DNA of 64,000 nucleotides, taken from positions 4,037 to 68,036 of the forward strand of contig JBOICY010000318.1 of NCBI GenBank assembly GCA_050740335.1, given 5' to 3'. The position numbers were made by a program, and so were the translations under genes. This document shows, one piece after another, positions 18,167 through 29,146 of this stretch (the first letter of the stretch is position 1; every line of letters begins with the position of its first letter). The notes under the pieces were generated by a model. That model was not told the DNA's origin. It did not search any database and worked only from the letters and a program-made list of their open reading frames with translations. This stretch comes from Methylococcales bacterium. Lineage in GTDB: Bacteria; Pseudomonadota; Gammaproteobacteria; Methylococcales; UBA1147.

Positions 18167-18196
18167 GGCGGATTCGGAGCGTAGCGACAATCCGCC
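18167..18196. repeat. REP-like hairpin (GGCGGATT-N14-AATCCGCC) containing core GAGCGTAGCGA
   Basis: An 8-bp stem with the loop cggagcgtagcgac. The core AGCGTAGCGA recurs at about 18491 and, as AGCGGTAGCGA, at about 28651. Confidence 0.5.
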
Positions 18197-18477
18197 AAAC
18201 AACCTCGCCGCCATCGACAAGGTTCAAAACAACAAGAGCAAGGCCGCGTCACCTCGAATCACGTTCTGGAGACAATTCGGGTCATCTCCCCCCATCCATA
18301 CAAAGACAATCCAAGTTCATACGCTCCGTGTAGGGTCGTCCGCTAAAGCAGAACCACCCTGCAATTTATCCGCCTCAGGGCCCTAAGATCCACATAATGG
18401 TAGTGGTACGAAGGGTTAGGGCTTAAGACGTTTGAGCCGGAGTTTCACACCCCCGCGGGGTTCAAAAGAATAGCTTT

Positions 18478-18638
18478 GTAGCCTGGGTTGAGCGTAGCGA
18501 AACCCGGGGAACCTGCTGCTTCGAGCCGATTCGCCCAGGCCGAAAAGTGCAACGCTCAATTCAGGACGCAGGTTGGGTTGAGGTACGAAACTCAGCCTTC
18601 TACAACAGGCCGAAGACGAGCCATAATGAGAATTGTTG
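18478..18638. repeat. 5'-truncated copy of the 28605-28759 MITE/REP element
   Basis: It starts with GTAGCCTGGGTTGAGCGTAGCGAAACCC (GTAG-type REP head). It shares an identical 36-nt block, CTACAACAGGCCGAAGACGAGCCATAATGAGAATTG (18600-18635), with 28721-28756. No left terminal repeat is found. Confidence 0.6.
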
Positions 18639-18746
18639 TTTAGTGGCCGGATTCTTCCCAACTTCTCCAGGAGAAAGAAGGAATCGATGCGCCGATTTTT
18701 TGAGGTGCAAGGTAGTGATTGAATAAGAATTCCGAATGCCAAATCC

Positions 18747-20736
<1,990 letters not shown>

Positions 20737-20812
20737 AACGTAGAGAGCCGCGGGCAACAGCCGGCGGCTTCGATAACCCTCACATTAGTAGAAATCCGTG
20801 TTTCGAACGAAG

Positions 20813-22753
20813 CTATTTTTTGTCCTCCTTGACTTCCTCGAACTCGGCATCGACCACATCGTCCTTCGACCCCGATCCGCCGCTTTTCCCCGATTCGGAC
20901 GAACCCGCACCGCCATCCGCCGTGGCCGATTCGGCCTGTTTTGCATAGACTCGTTCGGCCAGTTTACCCGATAATTCCGTGAGCGCCTTGGTTTTTGCCT
21001 CGATCGCGTCCTTATCATCGCCTTGCAATACTTTTTTCAATTCTTCGATCGCCGATTCGATGCGTTTTTTCTCGTCCGCTTCGACCTTGTCGCCGAGTTC
21101 CTCCACGGATTTCCGGGTCGCATGGAGCATCCCTTCCGCATGGTTTCGCGCATTCACGAGTTCGTGGAGTCTGCGATCATCCTCGGCATGCGCTTCGGCA
21201 TCCTTGATCATGCGTTCGACTTCGTCATCCGACAAACCGCTCGAGGCCTTGATCACGATCGACTGGGATTTACCGGTCGCCTTGTCTTTCGCGGAAACGT
21301 TCAAAATTCCGTTGGCATCGATGTCGAAAGTCACCTCGATCTGCGGAATTCCGCGTGGAGCCGGAGGGATATCGGCCAAATCGAAGCGGCCCAGCGACTT
21401 GTTGCCCGAGGCCATTTCACGTTCACCCTGCAGCACATGCACGGTCACCGCGCGCTGGTGGTCCTCGGCGGTTGAAAACACCTGTTTCTCACGGGTCGGA
21501 ATGGTCGTGTTCTTATTGATCAACTTGGTCATGACTCCGCCCAGGGTCTCAATACCCAGGGACAGCGGGGTGACATCGAGCAACAACACGTCTTTCACAT
21601 CGCCGCCCAGAACACCCGCCTGAATCGCGGCACCCACGGCGACCGCCTCATCGGGGTTGACATCCTTGCGCGGTTCCTTGCCGAAGAAGTTCTTCACGAG
21701 TTCCTGCACTTTCGGCATGCGCGTCTGACCACCGACCAGAATCACTTCATTGATATCCGACGCGGACAGACCCGCATCCTTCAACGCGGTCGCGCAAGGC
21801 CCCTTGGTGCGCTCGATCAAGTCTTCGACCAAGGATTCCAGCTTGGCCCGCGTGAATTTGACATTCAGATGCCTGGGTCCTGTCGCATCCGCGGTGACGT
21901 AAGGCAGATTGATATCGGTCTGCTGGCTCGAGGAAAGCTCGATTTTGGCTTTCTCCGCGGCTTCTTTGAGCCGTTGCAGCGCGAGCGGATCGTGATGCAG
22001 ATCGATCCCGTTGTCCTTTCTAAATTCATCGGCCAGAAAATCGATGATCCGGAGGTCGAAGTCTTCGCCACCGAGGAAGGTATCGCCGTTGGTCGCCAAC
22101 ACTTCGAACTGATGCTCACCTTCGACTTCGGCGATTTCGATGATGGAAATGTCGAATGTTCCACCGCCCAGGTCATAAACGGCCAGTTTGGCATCACCAT
22201 GCTTCTTGTCCATTCCGTAAGCCAGAGACGCGGCGGTCGGTTCGTTGATGATGCGCAACACGTCGAGACCCGCGATGCGTCCGGCGTCCTTGGTCGCCTG
22301 GCGCTGGGAGTCATTAAAATAGGCCGGAACCGTGATTACGGCTTGCGTCACTCCCTCACCCAGATAGGCCTCGGCGTCCTTTTTCAATTTCATCAGCACA
22401 CGCGCCGAAATCTCCGGGGGGGCCATTTTTTTAGCGTTCGCCTCGACCCAGGCATCACCGTTTTCCGCTTCGGCAATTTTGTACGGAACCATGCTGATGT
22501 CTTTCTGAACCACATCATCCTTGAAGCGCCGTCCGATCAGGCGCTTGATCGCAAACAGGGTATTGGCCGGATTGGTCACGGCCTGGCGCTTCGCGGATTG
22601 ACCGACCAGAACCTCGTTATCCTTTGAAAAGGCGACGATCGAAGGCGTGGTCCGCGCACCTTCGCTGTTTTCGATTACCCGGGGCTTGCCGCCTTCCAGC
22701 ACCGCGACACAGGAATTCGTTGTACCCAAGTCAATTCCGATAATTTTTGCCAT
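20813..22753 (-). CDS. dnaK: Molecular chaperone DnaK (Hsp70)
   Basis: 646 aa. [18 protein letters not shown].. and the full Hsp70 signature set are present. Confidence 0.99.
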   Translation of the reverse strand: MAKIIGIDLGTTNSCVAVLEGGKPRVIENSEGARTTPSIVAFSKDNEVLVGQSAKRQAVTNPANTLFAIKRLIGRRFKDDVVQKDISMVPYKIAEAENGDAWVEANAKKMAPPEISARVLMKLKKDAEAYLGEGVTQAVITVPAYFNDSQRQATKDAGRIAGLDVLRIINEPTAASLAYGMDKKHGDAKLAVYDLGGGTFDISIIEIAEVEGEHQFEVLATNGDTFLGGEDFDLRIIDFLADEFRKDNGIDLHHDPLALQRLKEAAEKAKIELSSSQQTDINLPYVTADATGPRHLNVKFTRAKLESLVEDLIERTKGPCATALKDAGLSASDINEVILVGGQTRMPKVQELVKNFFGKEPRKDVNPDEAVAVGAAIQAGVLGGDVKDVLLLDVTPLSLGIETLGGVMTKLINKNTTIPTREKQVFSTAEDHQRAVTVHVLQGEREMASGNKSLGRFDLADIPPAPRGIPQIEVTFDIDANGILNVSAKDKATGKSQSIVIKASSGLSDDEVERMIKDAEAHAEDDRRLHELVNARNHAEGMLHATRKSVEELGDKVEADEKKRIESAIEELKKVLQGDDKDAIEAKTKALTELSGKLAERVYAKQAESATADGGAGSSESGKSGGSGSKDDVVDAEFEEVKEDKK

Positions 22754-22818
22754 CTAATTTCTCTCCGCTTTGAATTCAGTCGCCACTCGTTTCGGGGCTG
22801 CTAGTAAACCTGGTTCTG

Positions 22819-22847
22819 ATATTGGGGGGAAGGCCTTTGATTTCAAG
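22819..22847 (-). promoter_or_regulatory. Sigma32 (RpoH)-type heat-shock promoter candidate for dnaK
   Basis: The minus strand reads CTTGAAA (22847-22841), N13, then CCCCAATAT (22827-22819). The consensus as I recall it is CTTGAA-N13-17-CCCCATnT. The element lies 66 nt upstream of the dnaK ATG and overlaps the grpE stop codon. Confidence 0.5.
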
Positions 22848-23466
22848 CCTGCTCGTCGATTTTTACGGGCTCCGCGGCGCGGGCTACGACCACCATCGCG
22901 GGACGCAGCAAACGCTGGCTGAGCAGATAGCCCTTCTGGAATACCCGGATGACGGTATTCGCCTCGGCTTCCGCGCTGGGTTCCATGGCCATGGCCTGAT
23001 GGAATTCGGGGTTGAAGAATTCCCCGATCGGGTCGACCGTTTCGATGTTGAATTTTTCGAGCACCGACTTGAACTGGCGCAAGGTCAATTCAGAGCCTTC
23101 AAGCAGCTTGACGAGTTCGCCGTCTCCCGCGCCGGACGACGCGGCCTCAATGCCCAATTCGAGACTGTCCAGTACCGGCAACAATTCGCGGCTGAATTTT
23201 TCCAGCGCGAATTTGTGCGCGTCCTGCAATTCCTTTTGGGTCCTGCGCCTTAGGTTTTCCAATTCGGCCTGAGTCCTGAGCAATTTCTCCCAATTATCCC
23301 GCGCTTCTTTACGGGCCTCTGCCAATTCCGCGGCGAGCAACTCGGGTGAAATGGCCTCTTCTTGTTCGGATTCTTCGACAGCATTCTCTTCCGATTCCCC
23401 AGGGCCTTCAAGAGCCTCGGTCGAATCTTCCTGGACAGAGAGTTTACTTTCTTTTTCATCACTCAT
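22843..23466 (-). CDS. grpE: Nucleotide exchange factor GrpE
   Basis: ORF 22843-23493; the likely start is the ATG at 23466 (MSDEKESK..). An acidic N-terminus is followed by ..LRTQAELENLRRRTQKE.. and ..GYLLSQRLLRPAMVVV... Confidence 0.95.
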   Translation of the reverse strand: MSDEKESKLSVQEDSTEALEGPGESEENAVEESEQEEAISPELLAAELAEARKEARDNWEKLLRTQAELENLRRRTQKELQDAHKFALEKFSRELLPVLDSLELGIEAASSGAGDGELVKLLEGSELTLRQFKSVLEKFNIETVDPIGEFFNPEFHQAMAMEPSAEAEANTVIRVFQKGYLLSQRLLRPAMVVVARAAEPVKIDEQA

Positions 23467-23685
23467 GCATACACTCCAGTTCGTATCAATCAAGTCATTG
23501 TTCAGTCGGCAGAATGCTGGTTCAGTTCCAGACCAACGAACCTGAAATATCGCTATTGCGATCGATCATTGAGCCGGAGATCTGTATTTACGATCCGATG
23601 CGCCGATCCGGACCCCGGCGTACTTCGACCCGCTAACGGTCTCGTCGGGTCTAAAGGCAAGCGGAGCCGGGTATACAGAATGCGA

Positions 23686-24741
23686 TTAAGATGGGGGCAA
23701 AGATCGGGTATTCAAGGCCAATCCCAGTAACTTTGCAGTCAATTCAACAACCGGAATGACTTTTTCGTATTCCATGCGGGTCGGTCCGATCACGGCCAGC
23801 ACACCGACTCGCTGATCATCGACGCTATAGGATGAACTCACTACGCTGCAATCGTGCAGCGCATGATATCCGGATTCCTCGCCGATGAATATCTGCACGC
23901 CGTCTGCATCGAGACATTGATCCAACAGGTGCAATATTCCACGTTTCTGGTTAAAAGCCTGGAACAGTTCACGCAAGCGCTCGACATTCGACAATTCCGA
24001 GAACTCCATCAGGTTGGTTTGCCCGGTCAGGACGAAATCGTCTTTCTCGTCGGATTGTCCGAACGCGAGTTTTGCCATTTCGATCGCGTTGACCATTTCG
24101 CGATTAACCTGTTTATGGATCGTTTCCAGATCCTCCACGAGTTGTATTCTGAGGTCGGATAAATTCCGTCCCTCGAACATCGAATTCAGAATATTCGCCG
24201 CCTGTTGCAATTCCGCGGGACTGAATTTAGTCGAAGTATGAATGATCTTGTTATGAACCTCCTGTTCGTTCGTCACCAGAATCACCAGAACCCTGAGCCC
24301 TTTCAAGGGTAAAAACTCGATATGACGAAAGGCATTGGTTTCCCGCCGAGGCCGGGTTACGATACCCGCCATCTGGGTCAGCCTTGCCAGCAGGTTGGAT
24401 GCCGAGTCGATCAAATCCAATGCATCGTCGCGGGGCGCCAGGTCCCGCCGCATCTGCCGGACCGCCTTGCTTCCAAGCGGACGGACCGTCAACAAAGAAT
24501 CGATAAATACGCGATAACCGGTAACGGTGGGTATTCGTCCGGACGAAGTGTGCGGTGCAACGATCAGACCGTTTTCCTCGAGATCCGCCATCACATTCCG
24601 GATTGTCGCGGGACTCAGGTTGATCCCGGCCCCCCTGGACAACGCGCGCGAACCGACCGGTTGGCCATCCTGGATATAACGCTCGACCAGTACCTTCAGA
24701 AGGTACTGCGCACGTTCGTTCAAGTCTTCGGTATTCCGCAC
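23686..24741 (-). CDS. hrcA: Heat-inducible transcription repressor HrcA
   Basis: 351 aa with a GTG start. ..RAQYLLKVLVERYIQDGQPVGSRALS..LSPATIRNVMADLEENGLI..PHTSSGRIPT.. is present. Confidence 0.95.
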   Translation of the reverse strand: MRNTEDLNERAQYLLKVLVERYIQDGQPVGSRALSRGAGINLSPATIRNVMADLEENGLIVAPHTSSGRIPTVTGYRVFIDSLLTVRPLGSKAVRQMRRDLAPRDDALDLIDSASNLLARLTQMAGIVTRPRRETNAFRHIEFLPLKGLRVLVILVTNEQEVHNKIIHTSTKFSPAELQQAANILNSMFEGRNLSDLRIQLVEDLETIHKQVNREMVNAIEMAKLAFGQSDEKDDFVLTGQTNLMEFSELSNVERLRELFQAFNQKRGILHLLDQCLDADGVQIFIGEESGYHALHDCSVVSSSYSVDDQRVGVLAVIGPTRMEYEKVIPVVELTAKLLGLALNTRSLPPS

Positions 24742-24782
24742 GATACTTTATAAGATAAACAATAAGATAAACAGGTCAAAAA

Positions 24783-24809
24783 TTAGCACTCTCCCAAAAT
24801 GTGTGCTAA
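24783..24809. promoter_or_regulatory. CIRCE operator (HrcA binding site)
   Basis: TTAGCACTC-tcccaaaat-GTGTGCTAA has one mismatch to the consensus TTAGCACTC-N9-GAGTGCTAA. It lies 42 nt upstream of the hrcA start, immediately downstream of the putative -10 box. Confidence 0.85.
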
Positions 24810-24813
24810 ATAA

Positions 24814-24842
24814 AAATTAGCAATCCGCAGATCCTGTGTCAA
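24814..24842 (-). promoter_or_regulatory. Sigma70-like promoter candidate for hrcA operon
   Basis: The minus strand reads TTGACA (24842-24837), a 17-nt spacer, then TAATTT (24819-24814), directly followed by CIRCE. Confidence 0.45.
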
Positions 24843-24973
24843 GAAACACTTTTTTATCTTGGATGCTTCCAGCCGCCATGCTACCTTTAGCATCGTTTGC
24901 AAAATAGATTATAAATAGGCTGGTAAAAAATAAGAATAATTCAAAACCTGACGCCGGGGCCCTCCACCAGACC

Positions 24974-25843
24974 ATGCATGCTCAATTCAACGCGATAGGA
25001 CTTATCGGTAAACCAAGCCCCATTATTTCGGACACGCTGACTCAGATCTATAAGCACTTGATTGCCCGGAATTTCCGGGTGCTGGTCGAAATCCATAGCA
25101 GTCAATACATCGTCTCCGAATCCGTGGAGACCTCGGAAATCCGCGAAATCGGAAAACATTGCGACTTGGCAATCACCGTAGGCGGAGACGGTACTCTGCT
25201 TTCCGCGGGACGCAATCTGGCCCCCTTCAACGTTCCGGTAGTCGGGGTAAATCTCGGCAGACTCGGGTTCCTGGTGGATATCTCGCCCGAGGACATTCTG
25301 ATCCGTCTGGACGACATTCTGGCCGGACGCTTCGTGACTGAACAACGAATTATTTTGAAAGCCAGGCTGATTCGGGACGGACGGGTGATCCATGAACAAA
25401 GCGCGGTCAACGAGGTAGTCATTCATCGCTGGATTTCGCCGAGCATGATCGAGATCGTAACCCATATCGATCAGGTTTTCTTGAATTCGCAACGCTCGGA
25501 CGGACTCATCATTTCGACACCGACCGGTTCGACCGCCTATGCGCTGTCCGGCGGGGGCCCGATTCTGCATCCCGCTCTCGGATGCATTGTATTGGTTCCG
25601 ATCAACCCGCATACTTTGACCAACCGCCCCATTGTGGTGAACGATAGCAGTGTGGTGGAAATCGCATTCAGTCAGACTACGGAGATCAATGCCCAAGTGA
25701 CCTGTGACGATTTCTCCATTCCCGATGTACTCATCAGCGACCGCATTCAGATCGTAAAAGATCAGCATCTGCTGCGCATTCTGCACCCGATGGACTACGA
25801 CTTTTTCAATATCCTGAGAGCCAAGCTGAACTGGAGTAGCTGA
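24974..25843 (+). CDS. nadK: NAD kinase
   Basis: 289 aa with ..DLAITVGGDGTLLSAGR.. and ..NLGRLGFL..TPTGSTAYALSGGGPI... Confidence 0.95.
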   Translation: MHAQFNAIGLIGKPSPIISDTLTQIYKHLIARNFRVLVEIHSSQYIVSESVETSEIREIGKHCDLAITVGGDGTLLSAGRNLAPFNVPVVGVNLGRLGFLVDISPEDILIRLDDILAGRFVTEQRIILKARLIRDGRVIHEQSAVNEVVIHRWISPSMIEIVTHIDQVFLNSQRSDGLIISTPTGSTAYALSGGGPILHPALGCIVLVPINPHTLTNRPIVVNDSSVVEIAFSQTTEINAQVTCDDFSIPDVLISDRIQIVKDQHLLRILHPMDYDFFNILRAKLNWSS

Positions 25844-27534
25844 TGCTGTGCTCGATCAATATCCGGGACCTGGCGGTTGTCGAGTCTCTAGAACTCGATT
25901 TGCGTGAAGGGTTGACAGTCTTGACCGGGGAAACTGGCGCGGGAAAATCCATTTTACTGACCGCGATGGGCCTGGCACTGGGCGACCGGGCCGATTCCGG
26001 ATTTATCCGGCCGGGTTCCGATAAAGCCGAAATTAATCTTCAGTTCGACTTGACCCGATGTCAAGGCGCCTTGGCCTGGCTGCACGAACAGGAATTGGCG
26101 GACGATTGCAACTGTATCGTGCGGCGCATTCTGAACAGCGACGGCCGTTCCAAGGCATTCATCAACGGTTCGCCGGTCACTCTTCAAATGCTGCAGCAAC
26201 TCGGTGAAAAACTGATCGATATCCACGGCCAGCATGCGCACCTTTCGTTAATGCACCGAGAGGAACAATGCCGGATTCTCGATGAGGCTGCCGGAAATCG
26301 AAGCCTGATCGAACAGATCGCTCAACTGTACCAGGCATGGAACAACCTGTGCGAACGTTTGCACAAAGAGCGAGAACGCCTGTCGAACGCTGAACAGCGC
26401 AAGGAATTGGCCGGCTTTCAGATTCGGGAGATGGAACAATGCGACATCGAAAATCTCGATTATCAGAAACTCGTAGATGAACACAGTCTTGAGGCCAATC
26501 TTGAAAAGGTCCTGGGTACCGGACAAGCCCAGCTCGACCGGCTGCAAGACAACGACTACCGGTCGGTCAATTCCTTGCTCGGAGAGACGATCCGGGCTCT
26601 GTCCGAATTCAGCAGCATCGCGGCGGAATTCGGCTCGATCGTCGAACTGTTGAACGATGCCCTGATCCAGGTTCAAGAATCCGCCCGGCTTCTCGGACGA
26701 TACCTGGACTCGCTGGAAGTCGATCCAGGTCGACTCGAAGCATTGGAACAACGCCTTTCCACCCTTCACAACCTGGCCAGAAAACATCAGACGACCCCGG
26801 AGAACCTGCCGATTGTGCTGCGCAATCTGCGCGAGGAAATGCAAAAGATCGAGCACGGCGCGGAAAATCTCACGCAACTGGAGACTCGACTCAATCAAAT
26901 TTACGAGCAATATCTGGAACTCGCACGGACCGTTTCAGATCGACGCAAACAAGCCGCCGTTGTGCTTCAAGATAAAATCACCCGCATCATTCGGGAACTC
27001 GGAATGCCCGAGGGCGATTTCCGGATCAATATCCACTCTCTGAGCGATCCATCCGTTCCAAAATCGAAGGGCTTCGAGTACGCTGAGTTCTGTGTCACGA
27101 CCAACCCCGGCTTGCCCGCGAGACCTCTGGGAAAGGTCGCATCCGGCGGCGAACTTTCCAGAATCAGTCTCGCTGTAGAGGTCGCGGCGATCGACTCCAA
27201 TACCACCCCGACCATGGTATTCGACGAAGTCGATTCGGGAATTGGCGGAGGTGTCGCGGAAATTGTCGGGCAGAGACTCCGCGCACTCGGAAATTCCCGT
27301 CAGGTTCTTTGCATTACGCACCTGCCCCAGGTTGCGGCGCAATCCCATCATCATTTACTCGTGGTAAAAATCAGCCCGCAGGGCCATACCCGCTCGATCG
27401 TCCGAACCTTGACCGCCGACCAGAGACGAGTGGAAATCGCGCGCATGCTCGGCGGGGTCAAAATCACCGAGCAAACGCTCGCTCACGCCCGCGAAATGCT
27501 GGAATGGAAGGACAGTCCGGCGGAAAATCCCTAG
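25843..27534 (+). CDS. recN: DNA repair protein RecN
   Basis: 563 aa with ..LTVLTGETGAGKSILL.., a long coiled coil, and ..ASGGELSRISLA..VFDEVDSGIGG.. Its ATG overlaps the nadK TGA. Confidence 0.97.
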   Translation: MLCSINIRDLAVVESLELDLREGLTVLTGETGAGKSILLTAMGLALGDRADSGFIRPGSDKAEINLQFDLTRCQGALAWLHEQELADDCNCIVRRILNSDGRSKAFINGSPVTLQMLQQLGEKLIDIHGQHAHLSLMHREEQCRILDEAAGNRSLIEQIAQLYQAWNNLCERLHKERERLSNAEQRKELAGFQIREMEQCDIENLDYQKLVDEHSLEANLEKVLGTGQAQLDRLQDNDYRSVNSLLGETIRALSEFSSIAAEFGSIVELLNDALIQVQESARLLGRYLDSLEVDPGRLEALEQRLSTLHNLARKHQTTPENLPIVLRNLREEMQKIEHGAENLTQLETRLNQIYEQYLELARTVSDRRKQAAVVLQDKITRIIRELGMPEGDFRINIHSLSDPSVPKSKGFEYAEFCVTTNPGLPARPLGKVASGGELSRISLAVEVAAIDSNTTPTMVFDEVDSGIGGGVAEIVGQRLRALGNSRQVLCITHLPQVAAQSHHHLLVVKISPQGHTRSIVRTLTADQRRVEIARMLGGVKITEQTLAHAREMLEWKDSPAENP

Positions 27535-27801
27535 GCCCTTCGAACTCCACTTCCTCGCCAATCCAAGGCGAGTCCCATTCGCTTTAAAACTCGCCGGGTT
27601 CAGACGGCATTTACTTCACGAATTCATCGCCCCGATCTCGGACCACCGGAAGCTATTGTTTACGACCTGGAAGAATTTGAAGAAACACGGATGGAAAGGC
27701 TTTACAAATTGTAAGGATGATCGGGCCAGCCCTCCGTTGCAATACCGGATTCATTAATTCTACTTTGTCAGATTACATTATCCATATTTTTCGCGATCGT
27801 C

Positions 27802-27920
27802 ATTCCGGCAAAGTCTGCCCCGTACTTGATATTGATACGGGGATTGCCGGAATCCAGACTCCATGGATGGTTTCGAGCTTGCCATATCCATGGCACTGGA
27901 TGCCTGCTTCCCGGCAGGCA
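27802..27920. repeat. Cluster of small palindromic (REP-like) sequences
   Basis: ATTCCGGCAA (27802-27811) pairs with TTGCCGGAAT (27844-27853), and TGCCTGC-ttcccg-GCAGGCA lies at 27901-27920. When translated, the sequence resembles the widespread ..IPA.AGIQ../..PA.AGMT type intergenic repeats. Confidence 0.35.
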
Positions 27921-28188
27921 TGACGCGCTAGTTTCAAATATGACAAAGTAGCATTAACCCAAATTAAGATAGACAGGAAACGTCAATCCGGTTTTCGCCA
28001 GTCCTTGGCGAATAATCCAAAAACACTAACCCGGTTAAAGTCTCGTAACTGTATTCGTAGCCGTTCGAGAGCCGTTTTTTACGAGTCCAGGAATCACGCT
28101 TCCCATGTAAGTCCGTCTACTCGGCTGGTGATTTTTCGGAAAGTTTCCAATCGAATTGGATAACCCGGCTTGAGTTTTCCAAACCCCA

Positions 28189-28506
28189 TCAAATCTCGAA
28201 TTCTTCGAGTGTTTGTCCCTTCTCGACGAGTTCCTTAAGCCAGTTCGGTTTCATACCCCGGCCACTCCATTGCTGCAGCGGATTGGCCGGATTCTGGTAT
28301 TTGGGAGGAACTTTCTGACCCTTGCGGGACGATCTTCTTCCGGACTCGGAGATTTCCACCATGACCCCGATCGATGCCGCCAGTTGCTTAATTTCGGTCA
28401 GAACTTCCTTGCGCTTTTTATCCTTACGCGTTTGTAATTCTTTCTCCGCTTTGGCAATAACATCTTCGAGATCAGTTTCGGTAAGTTTATTAAAATTTGT
28501 CTGCAT
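28189..28506 (-). CDS. H-NS family nucleoid-associated DNA-binding protein
   Basis: 105 aa with an N-terminal coiled coil and a C-terminus ..PKYQNPANPLQQWSGRGMKPNWLKELVEKGQTLEEFEI (W-SGRG-KP-W motif). It is embedded in a visibly AT-rich stretch. Confidence 0.8.
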   Translation of the reverse strand: MQTNFNKLTETDLEDVIAKAEKELQTRKDKKRKEVLTEIKQLAASIGVMVEISESGRRSSRKGQKVPPKYQNPANPLQQWSGRGMKPNWLKELVEKGQTLEEFEI

Positions 28507-28604
28507 GTATATTCTCGCTCCAATTAAACGTTGACACTTATATTATAACACTAAAAAAATTATAACACCAAAAATTGTTTGGCTGTTGTTTTCCTGATTG
28601 AATA

Positions 28605-28759
28605 ACAGCAATTCTCATTTTAAAAAATAATATCCTCGTAGCTTGGGTTGAGCGGTAGCGAAACCCAACGTTTGCGTTCCATTTCAGGCTGAGGTGTTGG
28701 GTTTCGTTCCTCAACCCAACCTACAACAGGCCGAAGACGAGCCATAATGAGAATTGCTG
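28605..28759. mobile_element. 155-bp MITE with 14-bp TIRs, 9-bp target-site duplication and internal REP hairpin
   Basis: CAGCAATTCTCATT (28606-28619) and AATGAGAATTGCTG (28746-28759) are perfect inverted repeats. GATTGAATA flanks both sides (28596-28604 and 28760-28768). Internally, GTAGCTTGGGTTGAGCGGTAGCGAAACCCAAC pairs with GTTGGGTTTCGTTCCTCAACCCAACCTAC. Confidence 0.7.
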
Positions 28760-29146
28760 GATTGAATAGGGTGCGGTTAAAAGTGACGCGAGCCTATCTT
28801 AGGCGCTCAAGCATTAAGATGATTCTGATTCCATATGGAATTCAGCAGGTAAAAAAACCGATTGCTTTAATCAGCGTCTCGAAAAAGTAAATCCAGTTCA
28901 TTGAAGCCGGTCCAGGCGATTGATTACCTCGGTTTCGACAAACTGATTCATGAATGAACCGCACTCCGATAGGGTTCCGGTACCTTATCAACGCATCGTT
29001 CAACTGAAAAAAATCCTGCCTCGTTGTGCGGATGATCGGTACTCGAGCGCAGTTCAACCCGCGCTTTAACTATTGCCGCGACTTATGGGACAATAACATC
29101 TTTTTAAAGTAGTAAGCCGGCATCGATCGGCGAAGTCCCGATTGAC

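Noticed and set aside
24941-25786. 281-aa minus-strand ORF antisense to nadK. Similar antisense ORFs occur at 30266-31132 (mfd), 26248-26910 (recN), 40179-40964 (patatin), 16183-16902 and 14890-15393 (NACHT gene), and 21869-22627 (dnaK)
   Set aside because: Each is fully embedded in a gene with strong family motifs on the other strand. None shows a motif, signal peptide or SD that I could recognise. I treat them as shadow ORFs.
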